A stretch of 62,961 bases of DNA, taken from assembly GCA_041301185.1 (NCBI GenBank), contig JBFYSV010000198.1:1-62961 (forward strand), read 5' to 3'. Source of the DNA: Anaerolineae bacterium (GTDB taxonomy: Bacteria; Chloroflexota; Anaerolineae; Anaerolineales; UBA4823). Position 1 is the stretch's first letter, and each line of letters begins with the position of its first letter. Under the pieces are notes generated by a model. The model saw nothing but the letters and a program-made list of their open reading frames with translations, was not told where the DNA came from and did no database searches. The translations under genes were made by a program, and so were the position numbers. Positions 53,869 through 62,754 of the stretch are shown in pieces.

Positions 53869-55929
53869 ATGCCTGATCAATTCAAGTCCCATATCCACAA
53901 GGCGCTGGAAAACCCTAATTTGCAAATTGCCCTGGATAACAACGCCACCCGCCGCCGGGAGGTGCGCCTGTCCAGCTACCCGTCGCTTCCAGAAGATATC
54001 CAGGTGCTCCGCAAGCGCGCCCATGCGGTGCGCGCGGATGTGATCGCCAATCTCGATCGCTACCTGGAGCAATTCGCCCGCCAGGCATTTGCCAACGGCA
54101 TGATCATCCACCACGCTGCCAATGGAGAAGAAGCTGCCCAGATCGTGCTTGAGATCGCCCAGCGCAAAGGAGCGCGCCTGGTTGCCAAGGCGAAATCGAT
54201 GCTGAGCGAAGAGATCCATCTAAACCACGTCCTGGAAGCGGCAGGGATTCAGCCGGTGGAGACCGACCTGGGAGAGTATATCGTCCAGCTGCGCAAGGAG
54301 CTGCCAGCCCATATCATCACCCCTGCCGTTCACCTGCGCAAGGAAGACGTCGGTCGCACCTTTGAGGAAAAGCTCGGCCTGCCCTATACGGATGATATCC
54401 CCACCATGACCAGCGCCGCCCGCCGGGAGTTGCGCCAGGTGTTCCTGGATGCAGAGATTGGCATATCCGGGGTAAATTTCGGCGTCGCAGAGACCGGCAC
54501 CATCAGCCTGGTGACCAACGAGGGCAACGGGCGGATGGTGGTCACCCTGCCGCCGGTGCACATTGCCTTGATGGGCATCGAGCGGCTCGTGCCTACCCTG
54601 GATGACCTGGCGCTGATGCTGTATCTCCTGCCCCGTCATGCCACCGGGCAAAAACTCTCTGTGTATGTCAGCCTGCTGAACGGCCCTTCCCCTCCACCAG
54701 CCAACGCTGCTCAGCGGGACGGCCCCCTGGAGCGGCATATCGTACTGGTGGATAACGGGCGGCGAGCAATCAGCCAATCGCATCTGGCGGAGGCGCTCTA
54801 CTGCATACGTTGCGGGAGTTGTCTGAACGCCTGCCCCGTGTTTCGCGAGATCGGCGGTCATGCTTATGTAGGCATTCACGGGCAGGGCAGCATCTACCCC
54901 GGACCAATCGGCTCGGTGCTTTCTCCGGCATTGTTCGGGCAATCCGAGTTCGGTCACCTGGCGCGAGCCAGCAGCCTGTGCGGGGCGTGCAAAGAGGCCT
55001 GCCCGGTGGATATCGACCTGCCCAAGCTGTTGCTGCGCATCCGGGCGGGCAAGATTGAAGCCCCAGGCCCACAGGACGCTCAGCCGGCAGCAAAACCCAA
55101 TGCGCCCGCCTACCTGCGGATGGGATTGCAGTTTTTCACCTGGATTGCCACCTCTCCGTGGCGTTTTGCGAACGCGCAGCGATTGGCGGGGGTCTTCAGC
55201 CGGGTTATTGCTCCGGTCCAGCCGTGGATTCGTCTGCCCGCTGTGACCGGCTGGGGATACTCCAAAGATTTCCCCCGACCGGCTGCCAAGCCATTCCGGG
55301 ACCGCTGGGCAGATCGCCAGGCGGAGCAGCAACAAAACCCAATCACCGGGAATGAGGGCAAGCAGGCAGCCGACTCTCCCGTTGAGACCCCAGTTCAGCA
55401 GAAACCGCCGGATGCCTCCCTGCTGGATCGATTCACTGCCGAGCTGCTCGCGCTTGGCGGCAATTACCAGGCTTGCCGATCCACCCAGCTCAGCCAGCTT
55501 ATCCTGGACTTCCTGCGCCAGCGAGATATCACCCGCCTGCAAACCTGGCAGGCTGCCTGGCTTCCCGATGGACTGATCGATGAACTGCGCGCCCAGGGTA
55601 TCGAGGTTGTTACGCAGTGGGATGCCTCCACCCAGGTCGGGTTAACCGGCGCACAGGCGGCGATTGCCGAAACGGGCACGTTGGTGCTGATCGGCGCGCC
55701 AGAGCACCCGCTATCCGCCTCGCTGGTGCCGGCGATTCACCTGGCCGTCCTGCCTGCCAGCCAGATCTATCCAGGCATGGCCGAAGCGCTGAAAATTCCT
55801 GCCATCCGCCGGGCGACGGCAGCCACATTGATCAGCGGACCGTCACGCACTGCCGATATCGAGATGACCCTCACCGTAGGAGTGCACGGACCAGGCGAGG
55901 TACACGTCTTCTGTTTGACAGATCGTTGA
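53869..55929 (+). CDS. lutB: LutB-LutC fusion (LUD + 4Fe-4S + LUD)
   Basis: ETDLGEYI.QL..E.P.HI..P, CIRCGSCLNACPV, LCGACKEACPV.I; C-terminal AETGTLV...SGPSRTADIEMTL..GVHGP. Confidence 0.9.
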   Translation: MPDQFKSHIHKALENPNLQIALDNNATRRREVRLSSYPSLPEDIQVLRKRAHAVRADVIANLDRYLEQFARQAFANGMIIHHAANGEEAAQIVLEIAQRKGARLVAKAKSMLSEEIHLNHVLEAAGIQPVETDLGEYIVQLRKELPAHIITPAVHLRKEDVGRTFEEKLGLPYTDDIPTMTSAARRELRQVFLDAEIGISGVNFGVAETGTISLVTNEGNGRMVVTLPPVHIALMGIERLVPTLDDLALMLYLLPRHATGQKLSVYVSLLNGPSPPPANAAQRDGPLERHIVLVDNGRRAISQSHLAEALYCIRCGSCLNACPVFREIGGHAYVGIHGQGSIYPGPIGSVLSPALFGQSEFGHLARASSLCGACKEACPVDIDLPKLLLRIRAGKIEAPGPQDAQPAAKPNAPAYLRMGLQFFTWIATSPWRFANAQRLAGVFSRVIAPVQPWIRLPAVTGWGYSKDFPRPAAKPFRDRWADRQAEQQQNPITGNEGKQAADSPVETPVQQKPPDASLLDRFTAELLALGGNYQACRSTQLSQLILDFLRQRDITRLQTWQAAWLPDGLIDELRAQGIEVVTQWDASTQVGLTGAQAAIAETGTLVLIGAPEHPLSASLVPAIHLAVLPASQIYPGMAEALKIPAIRRATAATLISGPSRTADIEMTLTVGVHGPGEVHVFCLTDR

Positions 55930-55973
55930 GAGAATGTTCCCTTTATAATGAAACTCAAGAAACGCGTGGTGAT

Positions 55974-57473
55974 ATGAAAACCGACTTAACAAGCGAGCCG
56001 CCACTAATCCTGGCAACCGGCGCCACTGGCTATATCGGTGGGCGCCTGGTAAGCCGCCTGCTGGAAAATGGCTACCGCGTGCGAGTACTGGTGCGAGACC
56101 CGCAGCGACTGCAAGGACGCCCCTGGATTGAGCGCGTTCAGGTAGCAGTCGGGGATGTCTTGCACCCCGAAACGCTGCCGACAGCATTAGAGGGTGTCTC
56201 CGCAGCCTATTATTTAATCCATAGCATGATGGGCGGCGAGGATTTTCACCAGCGCGACTTACGCGCGGCGCGCAATATTGCCATTGCCGCTCGCCAGGCT
56301 GGCGTGCAGCGCCTGATTTACCTGGGAGGTCTCGGCGATCCAGATGCTGAGTTATCTGAGCATCTGCGCTCGCGACAGGAAACCGGCGACGCCCTGCGCG
56401 AGGCGGGGGTGCCGGTTACCGAGTTCCGGGCAGCGGTGATCGTTGGCTCCGGTAGCCTCTCATTCGAAATGATTCGCTACCTCACCGAGCGTCTGCCAGC
56501 CATGATCTGCCCGCGCTGGGTCTACACCCGTACACAGCCGATTTCAATCCATAATGTGCTGGATTACCTGCTGGCTGCCCTGGAGACACCCGAAAGCAGC
56601 GGGCAGATCATCGAGATCGGTGGGGCGCAGGTGGTCACCTACGGTGAGATGATGACGGGTTACGCCCAGGCACGCGGTCTGAAGCGCTGGATGATCCCTG
56701 TCCCCGTGCTCACGCCGCGCCTTTCGTCCTATTGGGTGCACCTGGTAACCCCAGTGCCGGCCTCCATTGCGCAGCCCCTGATCCAGGGTCTGCGCAACGA
56801 AAATATCGTCCGCAGTGATTTAGCCCGGCGCTTGTTCCCCCACATCCAGCCCATGGATTACCAGCGCGCCGTCGAGCTGGCCTTGGAACAATTGGATGCC
56901 GGCAATGTTGAAACCACCTGGAGCGACGCCCTGGTGACCAGCCAGGGGGATCTACCACCGGTTGTCCTGGCGACCATTGAGGGCATGATCCTGGAAAAAC
57001 GCCAGCTGGTCGTTACAGCTCCAGTGCACGAGGTCTACCGCGCCTTCAGCGGCCTGGGCGGCAGGCACGGCTGGTTGTATATGAATTGGGCATGGGAGAT
57101 TCGCGGCGCTATGGACCGCCTGGTGGGTGGGGTTGGGCTTCGCCGCGGCCGGCGCGACCCGGATGAGGTGCGGGTTGGCGACGCCCTGGATTTCTGGCGA
57201 GTTGAGGCGGTGGAACCCGACCACTTACTGCGTTTGCGGGCCGAGATGAAAGTGCCCGGGAGTGCCTGGTTGCAGTTCCAGGTGCAAGAGCAAAACCAGG
57301 GTCAATCCCTGCTCTCTCAGACTGCTTTTTTTGCACCCAAAGGTCTTTCTGGTCTACTCTACTGGTACCTGCTTTATCCATTCCACTCGCTCATCTTCAG
57401 TGGAATGATCCGCAAAGTCGCCGAACGCGCCGAGAAGCTCGTCGAATCTCACGAACCGCAACCAACCAGATAG
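55974..57473 (+). CDS. SDR/NmrA-like NAD(P)-binding protein with a C-terminal DUF2867 domain (YbjT-like)
   Basis: TGATGYIGG, AYYLIHSM, RAAVIVGSGSLSFE, GDALDFWRV, LRAEMKVPG; start ATG 55974. Confidence 0.87.
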   Translation: MKTDLTSEPPLILATGATGYIGGRLVSRLLENGYRVRVLVRDPQRLQGRPWIERVQVAVGDVLHPETLPTALEGVSAAYYLIHSMMGGEDFHQRDLRAARNIAIAARQAGVQRLIYLGGLGDPDAELSEHLRSRQETGDALREAGVPVTEFRAAVIVGSGSLSFEMIRYLTERLPAMICPRWVYTRTQPISIHNVLDYLLAALETPESSGQIIEIGGAQVVTYGEMMTGYAQARGLKRWMIPVPVLTPRLSSYWVHLVTPVPASIAQPLIQGLRNENIVRSDLARRLFPHIQPMDYQRAVELALEQLDAGNVETTWSDALVTSQGDLPPVVLATIEGMILEKRQLVVTAPVHEVYRAFSGLGGRHGWLYMNWAWEIRGAMDRLVGGVGLRRGRRDPDEVRVGDALDFWRVEAVEPDHLLRLRAEMKVPGSAWLQFQVQEQNQGQSLLSQTAFFAPKGLSGLLYWYLLYPFHSLIFSGMIRKVAERAEKLVESHEPQPTR

Positions 57474-57590
57474 AGGTTTTGCGCAACGAGTAATACCATT
57501 GGGTGTTCTACTATCATGGCAAAAGCAAGTTAAATCAATTGGCTTGCAAACCAAACATCCAAAAAACAGGAAAAAGAAAGGAAATTCAAA

Positions 57591-57980
57591 ATGGCTAAAA
57601 AACGTCCCGTTGGTGTCACAATCTTGGCAGTGCTGGCTGGAGTGGCGGCAGTCCTGGCAGCCATACACGCTTTGCAGGCGCTAGGAATTTTCCCCTTTGT
57701 CATCGGTCCCTTCCAGGTGCACGCCTTCAGCTTCTGGTCCTTCCTGATGTGGGCTCTGATGGTCTGGGTCTACGTTTGGCTGGTGCAGATGCTCCTGAAG
57801 GTGGATAAGCAGGCCTGGCTGTTCCTGGCAGTGATCACGGTTTTCAACCTGATCCTGGATTTCACCGTTATGCTGGGCCAAGGCGAGTGGTCGGATGTCA
57901 GCCTGAGCTTCATCGTCAACGCCATCATCCTGATCTATGTCATGCTGCCTGGGGTCAAAGACGCCTTTGATGTAAGCTGA
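57591..57980 (+). CDS. Hypothetical 4-TM membrane protein
   Basis: KRPVGVTILAVL... with four hydrophobic segments; SD AAGGAA; codon bias looks genuine. Confidence 0.75.
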   Translation: MAKKRPVGVTILAVLAGVAAVLAAIHALQALGIFPFVIGPFQVHAFSFWSFLMWALMVWVYVWLVQMLLKVDKQAWLFLAVITVFNLILDFTVMLGQGEWSDVSLSFIVNAIILIYVMLPGVKDAFDVS

Positions 57981-58034
57981 CCGCAGAGCCGATCGCCTAT
58001 CATTTCTAAACCAATCCAGTTCCCGATAGAGGAG

Positions 58035-58066
58035 AAAATGCGCCGTTCACAAGAGGCGCATTTTTT
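58035..58066 (+). terminator. Intrinsic terminator
   Basis: AAAATGCGCC-N10-GGCGCATTTTTT. Confidence 0.85.
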
Positions 58067-58267
58067 GATCCACCACTATGCCCAATGCAAAGCTACTGGA
58101 GTAATTATCGAGATACCAGTGAACGCATAAATCCGGTGTTAGAAATTTATTGCACATACTTGGTTAATCTTGTAGAATCATTAACAAATCCATTTATTTC
58201 TTCTCCAGATGCTGGCGGGCAGCAACGCAGACGCAATATATCGGCGTGGAAATACAGGAGTACAAGC

Positions 58268-59605
58268 ATGAAAAATAAAACTTTGAAAGTCGTCTCTGGA
58301 GCAATCCTCCTGGTGGTTCTGGTCACCTTGATTTTCGTCCCCAACGGCAACGCCCAGGGCATCATCTATGGCGATTCGATTCCTGCGGGGCGGACAGTTG
58401 AGAATAATGTCATTCTGGTGGGAAATAATGTGACCATCAACGGCAATGTTGACGGGGACGTGATCGCCGTGGGATCAAATGTGACCGTTAACGGCGATGT
58501 CAGCGGCAGCCTGGTCACCGGGGGGCAGGTGATAACCGTTAACGGGGCTGTAGCGGGGAGTATCTATGCAGCCTCGCTTACCTTAGAACTGGGCGAAGAT
58601 GCAACAATTGGCAGAGACGTCTACTATCTCGGTACCCAGCTGATCACACTACCCGGCTCTACAATTTCCAGGGACTTGCTTGCGTTCACCTTTGGAGCTA
58701 CGCTGGGTGGGCAGGTGGGGCGCGACACTCGAGCGATCATTGGTCCGATCGAAATCGTGAATGCGATCTTACAAGCCACTCAAGGCAAAACCTTGCGAGA
58801 TATTTTTCCTTTGAGGAGCAGCTCAAACATCTCTCCTGCGCCGGTTGCAATGCGTCTTTTGCCTGCCGCCCTTCAGTCAAATCCCGGTTATAGATCTGTG
58901 AAGCATCCGCAGTACTATTCCGAGCTAAATTTTGCCAGCCAGGCAAACCCCGGAAATACCTCTCTGATAGTTCTTGCGCCTGAAGAACAAGATACCCCTC
59001 CAGCCAGTGGAATTGATACCGAGCGCGTAGTGGACTGGTTGTTGGGCCGCCTGCGCGCCCTGGTGACCTTCCTGGCAATCGGCGGGCTGGCAATGCTCAT
59101 CTTCCGCAGGTGGTTTGAGCAGTGGTCGGAGAAAGTACGCACCGCTCCGCTGGCAGCGACCGCCTGGGGGCTGGTTGTGCTGGTGTTTGGATTCAGCGCT
59201 GCCTTGCTTCTTGCATTGTTGATCCTACCCCTTGCCATATTATTCTTTAGCCTGTCGCTTTCAGGATTAGGTTTAGCAACTTTGTCCTTCGGGTATTTCA
59301 GCCTGGGGATTGCATTCACAATCTTCTGGATCTTTGTCGCCTATATCAGCAAAGTGATCGTCGCTTATTTTGCCGGTAAATGGATCCTGGAACGGCTGGC
59401 GCCACGCGCCGTCCGCTACCGGTTCTTATCGCTATTGCTAGGCGTATTCATTTACGTTCTGGTGAATGCCATCCCCATCCTGGGCTGGATCATCGGTATC
59501 CTGGTCACCCTGCTCGGTATGGGAGCCGTGTGGATGGTGCTGAAAGATCGCTCGAAACCGGAGGCTGAGGCCGCAACCGCTCTGGAGCCTGCGCCCGTCG
59601 AATAA
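58268..59605 (+). CDS. Bactofilin-like (polymer-forming) beta-helix exported domain plus a multi-TM C-terminus
   Basis: Signal peptide, repeats VTINGNVDGDV/VTVNGDVSGSL/ITVNGAVAGSI, 5-6 C-terminal TM helices; start ATG 58268 after AGGAG. Confidence 0.75.
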   Translation: MKNKTLKVVSGAILLVVLVTLIFVPNGNAQGIIYGDSIPAGRTVENNVILVGNNVTINGNVDGDVIAVGSNVTVNGDVSGSLVTGGQVITVNGAVAGSIYAASLTLELGEDATIGRDVYYLGTQLITLPGSTISRDLLAFTFGATLGGQVGRDTRAIIGPIEIVNAILQATQGKTLRDIFPLRSSSNISPAPVAMRLLPAALQSNPGYRSVKHPQYYSELNFASQANPGNTSLIVLAPEEQDTPPASGIDTERVVDWLLGRLRALVTFLAIGGLAMLIFRRWFEQWSEKVRTAPLAATAWGLVVLVFGFSAALLLALLILPLAILFFSLSLSGLGLATLSFGYFSLGIAFTIFWIFVAYISKVIVAYFAGKWILERLAPRAVRYRFLSLLLGVFIYVLVNAIPILGWIIGILVTLLGMGAVWMVLKDRSKPEAEAATALEPAPVE

Positions 59606-59659
59606 TTAATTACTCGCTGTCTTCACCGGATTATCCGGGTGAGAATACCAAAATCTGTA

Positions 59660-59703
59660 GGAACCTGATCGACCATGTCTGCCGATCAGGTTCTTCTCTT
59701 TTC
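59660..59703 (+). terminator. Intrinsic terminator
   Basis: GAACCTGATCG-N11-CGATCAGGTTC followed by TTCTCTTTT. Confidence 0.8.
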
Positions 59704-59881
59704 AGGCAAGCCCTGCCAACCAGGCATTTGGCAATCTGATGCCGGGATCAGGAGGATACTCACCAATCATTAATCGTTGTGCAGGAACCCGGTGAGAGGT
59801 CGATTCGTCTTGACTCCGTTCGTATCACAAGGAATACAAGCGCATCTACGTGCAAGCACAAATATCAAGGAGAAAAAGACA

Positions 59882-60679
59882 ATGAAAACCATCCATTTAT
59901 TCCCCATATTGATCAGCTCGATCATGATCCTGTCGGTGGGCTTGACCGCCTGCACCTCCCGGTCTGCCGCCCCTGCCTTCCCGCTGGAAGGAACGTACTG
60001 GGTGCTCCAAAGCTTGATCGACCAACAGGGCGAGAGCCAGGTGGCGCTAAGCGCCACCCAGGTCGATGCCATCTTCGAGCAAGGCAGGGTATCTGGCACG
60101 GATGGCTGCAACCGCTATTCCGCCTCTTTCGAGCTAGACGGCAACAAATTGACCATCCAGCCTGGAATGTCTACTTTGATGGCATGCCCCGAACCCATCA
60201 TGGGACAGGCCCAACTGTACCAGGCAGCCCTGGCAAGTGCCAGCAGCTATCGAATTGATGGAGATGCGCTGGAAATTCTTAACTCGGATGGCAAGGTCGT
60301 CTTGGTCTACAAAACGCCCGGAGAAGTGAGCTTATCTGGCACAAGCTGGATAGCCCTATCCTACAATAACGGCAAACAAGCCGTAGTCAGTGTGCTCGCC
60401 GACTCTGAAATCACTGCAATATTCGGAGAGGACGGAAAACTTTCAGGGTCCGCGGGGTGCAACAACTACACTGCAACCTACTCTGTGGATGGCAAATCGA
60501 TCCAGATCAGCCCTGCAGCGACCACCCGCATGATGTGCCAGACGCCAGAAGGTGTTATGGACCAGGAAGCAGCTTACCTGAGCGCGATCCAGGCTGCTGC
60601 CAGCTACCAGTTGCAGGGAAACTCGCTCACCCTGAAAGATGCGGATGGCGCAACTTTAGCTCAATACACAAGAAAATAA
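59882..60679 (+). CDS. Lipoprotein with two META (HslJ-like) domains
   Basis: Lipobox LTAC; two G..GCN.Y...T.M.C repeats; start ATG 59882. Confidence 0.88.
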   Translation: MKTIHLFPILISSIMILSVGLTACTSRSAAPAFPLEGTYWVLQSLIDQQGESQVALSATQVDAIFEQGRVSGTDGCNRYSASFELDGNKLTIQPGMSTLMACPEPIMGQAQLYQAALASASSYRIDGDALEILNSDGKVVLVYKTPGEVSLSGTSWIALSYNNGKQAVVSVLADSEITAIFGEDGKLSGSAGCNNYTATYSVDGKSIQISPAATTRMMCQTPEGVMDQEAAYLSAIQAAASYQLQGNSLTLKDADGATLAQYTRK

Positions 60680-60697
60680 CTTCCCAATAAACACCCA

Positions 60698-60747
60698 AAA
60701 GCCCCCTTTGGCAAGCTTGATGGCAATCTTGCTCCCGGGGGCTTTAA
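60698..60747. terminator. Bidirectional terminator between convergent genes
   Basis: AAAGCCCCC...GGGGGCTTT with A/T flanks. Confidence 0.65.
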
Positions 60748-60763
60748 TTTTCTGACCGCGCCA

Positions 60764-61753
60764 TCATGAGGTGCGCAGCTCGACGATATCCCCGTCCTGG
60801 AGCACATAATCACGCTGCACCATCTGCCCGTCGAACATCGTGCTCCCCCACACACGGGCAGTTTTCAGTTTGTCGTAAAAATCGCGGTGGATCTTGGCTG
60901 CCAGGTCAATCACGGTGCTGCCTCTCTTCAGAGCAAAGGGCTTCTCCAGGTCGGCCTCCTTTCCGGGAGGCTTGGCATAGACCCGGATGATATCCAGCTT
61001 CTCATAAACCAGGCGTTTATAAGTTTCTAAATTCCTGCCTGTTACTGCTGAGACTGGCAGCATCTGCCACTCTTCTTCCAGCAGCTCGCAACAAACCTCG
61101 AACAGTTCATCCATGCTCTCGTCATCACACTTATTGACCAGGATAACGACGGGAATGAACGCCATGCGCGTTCCTTCGGGATAGTTTCCTTTGTGCTGCA
61201 AGGGCGCGATATGGTGTTCTTCCAACAAGGTGAGCATATCCTCCATCTGCTGGAGCGGATCTGCCTGCAGGTCGAGCATCAGCAGGGTAAGATCAGCCCG
61301 GCGGATCAGATCAAACAATCCCGGTTCCACAAAATCCCTGTCCAAAGGCGGGGTATCAACCAGCTGGATCTGGATGTTCTCCACCAGCATCATGCCTGGG
61401 GTGGGCTTCCAGGTGGTGTAGGGTGCCTCAGAAACCTCTGGGGTGGCATTGGTCAAGGAGACCACCAGCGCCGATTTGCCGACATTGGTCGGTCCGATCA
61501 GCACTACCTGTCCAGCGCCTTCCCGCTCGATATGGAAAGCCGATTGGTGCGTGCCGTGCTTTTTATGCGTTTGCGCTTCTTCCCTCAGCCTGGATAGCTG
61601 GCGGCGAAGGTCGGCGCGCAGTTTATCGGTCCCTTTATGCTTGGGGACGATGCTAATCATTTCCTCCAGCAGAGCGATCTTCTCAGCCGGGGATTCGGCC
61701 TCACGCAAGCGCTTTTCAACCCGGAAATAATCGGGCGGCAGGTTGGTAGGCAT
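60764..61753 (-). CDS. DRG-like OBG-family GTPase with a TGS domain
   Basis: MPTNLPP N-terminus, G1 GPTNVGKS, G2 PYTT, G3 DTPP, G4 NKCD, TGS ending L.DGDIVEL. Confidence 0.87.
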   Translation of the reverse strand: MPTNLPPDYFRVEKRLREAESPAEKIALLEEMISIVPKHKGTDKLRADLRRQLSRLREEAQTHKKHGTHQSAFHIEREGAGQVVLIGPTNVGKSALVVSLTNATPEVSEAPYTTWKPTPGMMLVENIQIQLVDTPPLDRDFVEPGLFDLIRRADLTLLMLDLQADPLQQMEDMLTLLEEHHIAPLQHKGNYPEGTRMAFIPVVILVNKCDDESMDELFEVCCELLEEEWQMLPVSAVTGRNLETYKRLVYEKLDIIRVYAKPPGKEADLEKPFALKRGSTVIDLAAKIHRDFYDKLKTARVWGSTMFDGQMVQRDYVLQDGDIVELRTS

Positions 61754-61889
61754 ACAATTCTATTTTACTCTCACCGGCAGAAAGTGAAAGTACCTGTCCG
61801 CAAAGAAATGCGAACAGGTACTGGGATGATCGATAGAATTGTTGCTTACTCTCTCTTCCAGGATCTGGAAAAGAGATGATCATGCAAGA

Positions 61890-62696
61890 TTACGGCTGCG
61901 CTGACAGGTAATAGGCTACCGGGAGGTACTGGTCATCTGCCAGATAAAGAATTACACCCAGGCTGACGAACTTGGTTGCCTTAGGTAATGAAGCCAGGTA
62001 CTGTGCCTCCTGTTCCATGATCCCTGCGGGATCTGAACACATCATCATGGTAGAAGCAGCCATGCCAATCGTAATTGAGCTGCCATCTACCTCATACTGC
62101 GTGGTGTAATTATTGCAGCCGGCTGATCCAGACAGGCTGCCATCCTCGCCGAAATTGGCGCTGATCTCGGTGCCTTCCAGTACGGTAACAAAAGCACCCT
62201 GTCCGTTATTGAAGGCACTCAATTTCCAGGAAGTGCCTGAGATCCCGATCGGCGGCATCAAGGAAAATACCGCCGTCAGGCTGTCATCCGGATTGCTAAG
62301 GGTCAACTTCTCCGCGGCCATCTGGGCGCTAGATGCCTTCGTAATGGTCTGCACGAGAGCCTCTTCCTGGACTGTCAGAGCCTCGGGACAGGTGAAAGAG
62401 GTTACAACATTGACGGTTATATCCACACTACTGCCCGAGGTCTGGTAATTGCCATTGACAATATTGCAGCCGGTGAAACCCAACACCCCTCCCTGACCGC
62501 TGAAAAACAATATCGCCTCTTGATCGCTGGAAGCAGGGACATTATTCACCGACTCCAGTTTCCAAGTCGTATCCGTCAAATTGAGGCTGGTAGCTTCTGT
62601 TGTTGGAGCAGCAGGAGCAGCACAGGCTGCCAGCGCCAAGACCAGAAGCAAGCCGGCGATCACGCTACTCATTCGGAAAAGGTATGAATTGGTCAT
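61890..62696 (-). CDS. Lipoprotein with two META domains (paralogue of 59882)
   Basis: Lipobox LAAC; GFTGCN and GSAGCNNY...STMMMC. Confidence 0.88.
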   Translation of the reverse strand: MTNSYLFRMSSVIAGLLLVLALAACAAPAAPTTEATSLNLTDTTWKLESVNNVPASSDQEAILFFSGQGGVLGFTGCNIVNGNYQTSGSSVDITVNVVTSFTCPEALTVQEEALVQTITKASSAQMAAEKLTLSNPDDSLTAVFSLMPPIGISGTSWKLSAFNNGQGAFVTVLEGTEISANFGEDGSLSGSAGCNNYTTQYEVDGSSITIGMAASTMMMCSDPAGIMEQEAQYLASLPKATKFVSLGVILYLADDQYLPVAYYLSAQP

Positions 62697-62719
62697 ATGA
62701 TCTCCTGTATAGTTTCATT

Positions 62720-62754
62720 TGATGCTTAACCAAGCACATGATGCTTGATCAAGC
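62720..62754. promoter_or_regulatory. Tandem palindromes TGATGCTT-N4-AAGC x2 upstream of the META lipoprotein
   Basis: tgatgcttaaccaagc (62720-62735) and tgatgcttgatcaagc (62739-62754), 19-bp period. Confidence 0.5.

Noticed and set aside
54220-55542. 440-aa antisense ORF over lutB-C
   Set aside because: No recognisable motifs; a shadow ORF expected opposite a GC-rich, codon-biased gene.
16610-55929. Possibility that the catabolic cluster is a mobile genomic island
   Set aside because: No integrase, transposase, tRNA or flanking direct repeats seen; no obvious compositional break by eye.
55915-55949. TTGACA...TATAAT and GAGAGAATGTTC upstream of the DUF2867 gene as a promoter or SOS box
   Set aside because: Spacer is 23 bp (or 12 bp with TTGAGA), and the left half-site does not match GAAC.
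55617-55973. N-terminal 119-aa extension of the DUF2867 ORF
   Set aside because: Overlaps the lutC part in another frame; homology begins at MKTDL (55974).
58085-58267. Upstream in-frame extension of the bactofilin-like ORF (similar extensions at 59777, 48476, 31796, 32670, 22050)
   Set aside because: Better starts with an SD and family-typical N-termini lie downstream; the extensions overlap neighbours or AT-rich promoter DNA.
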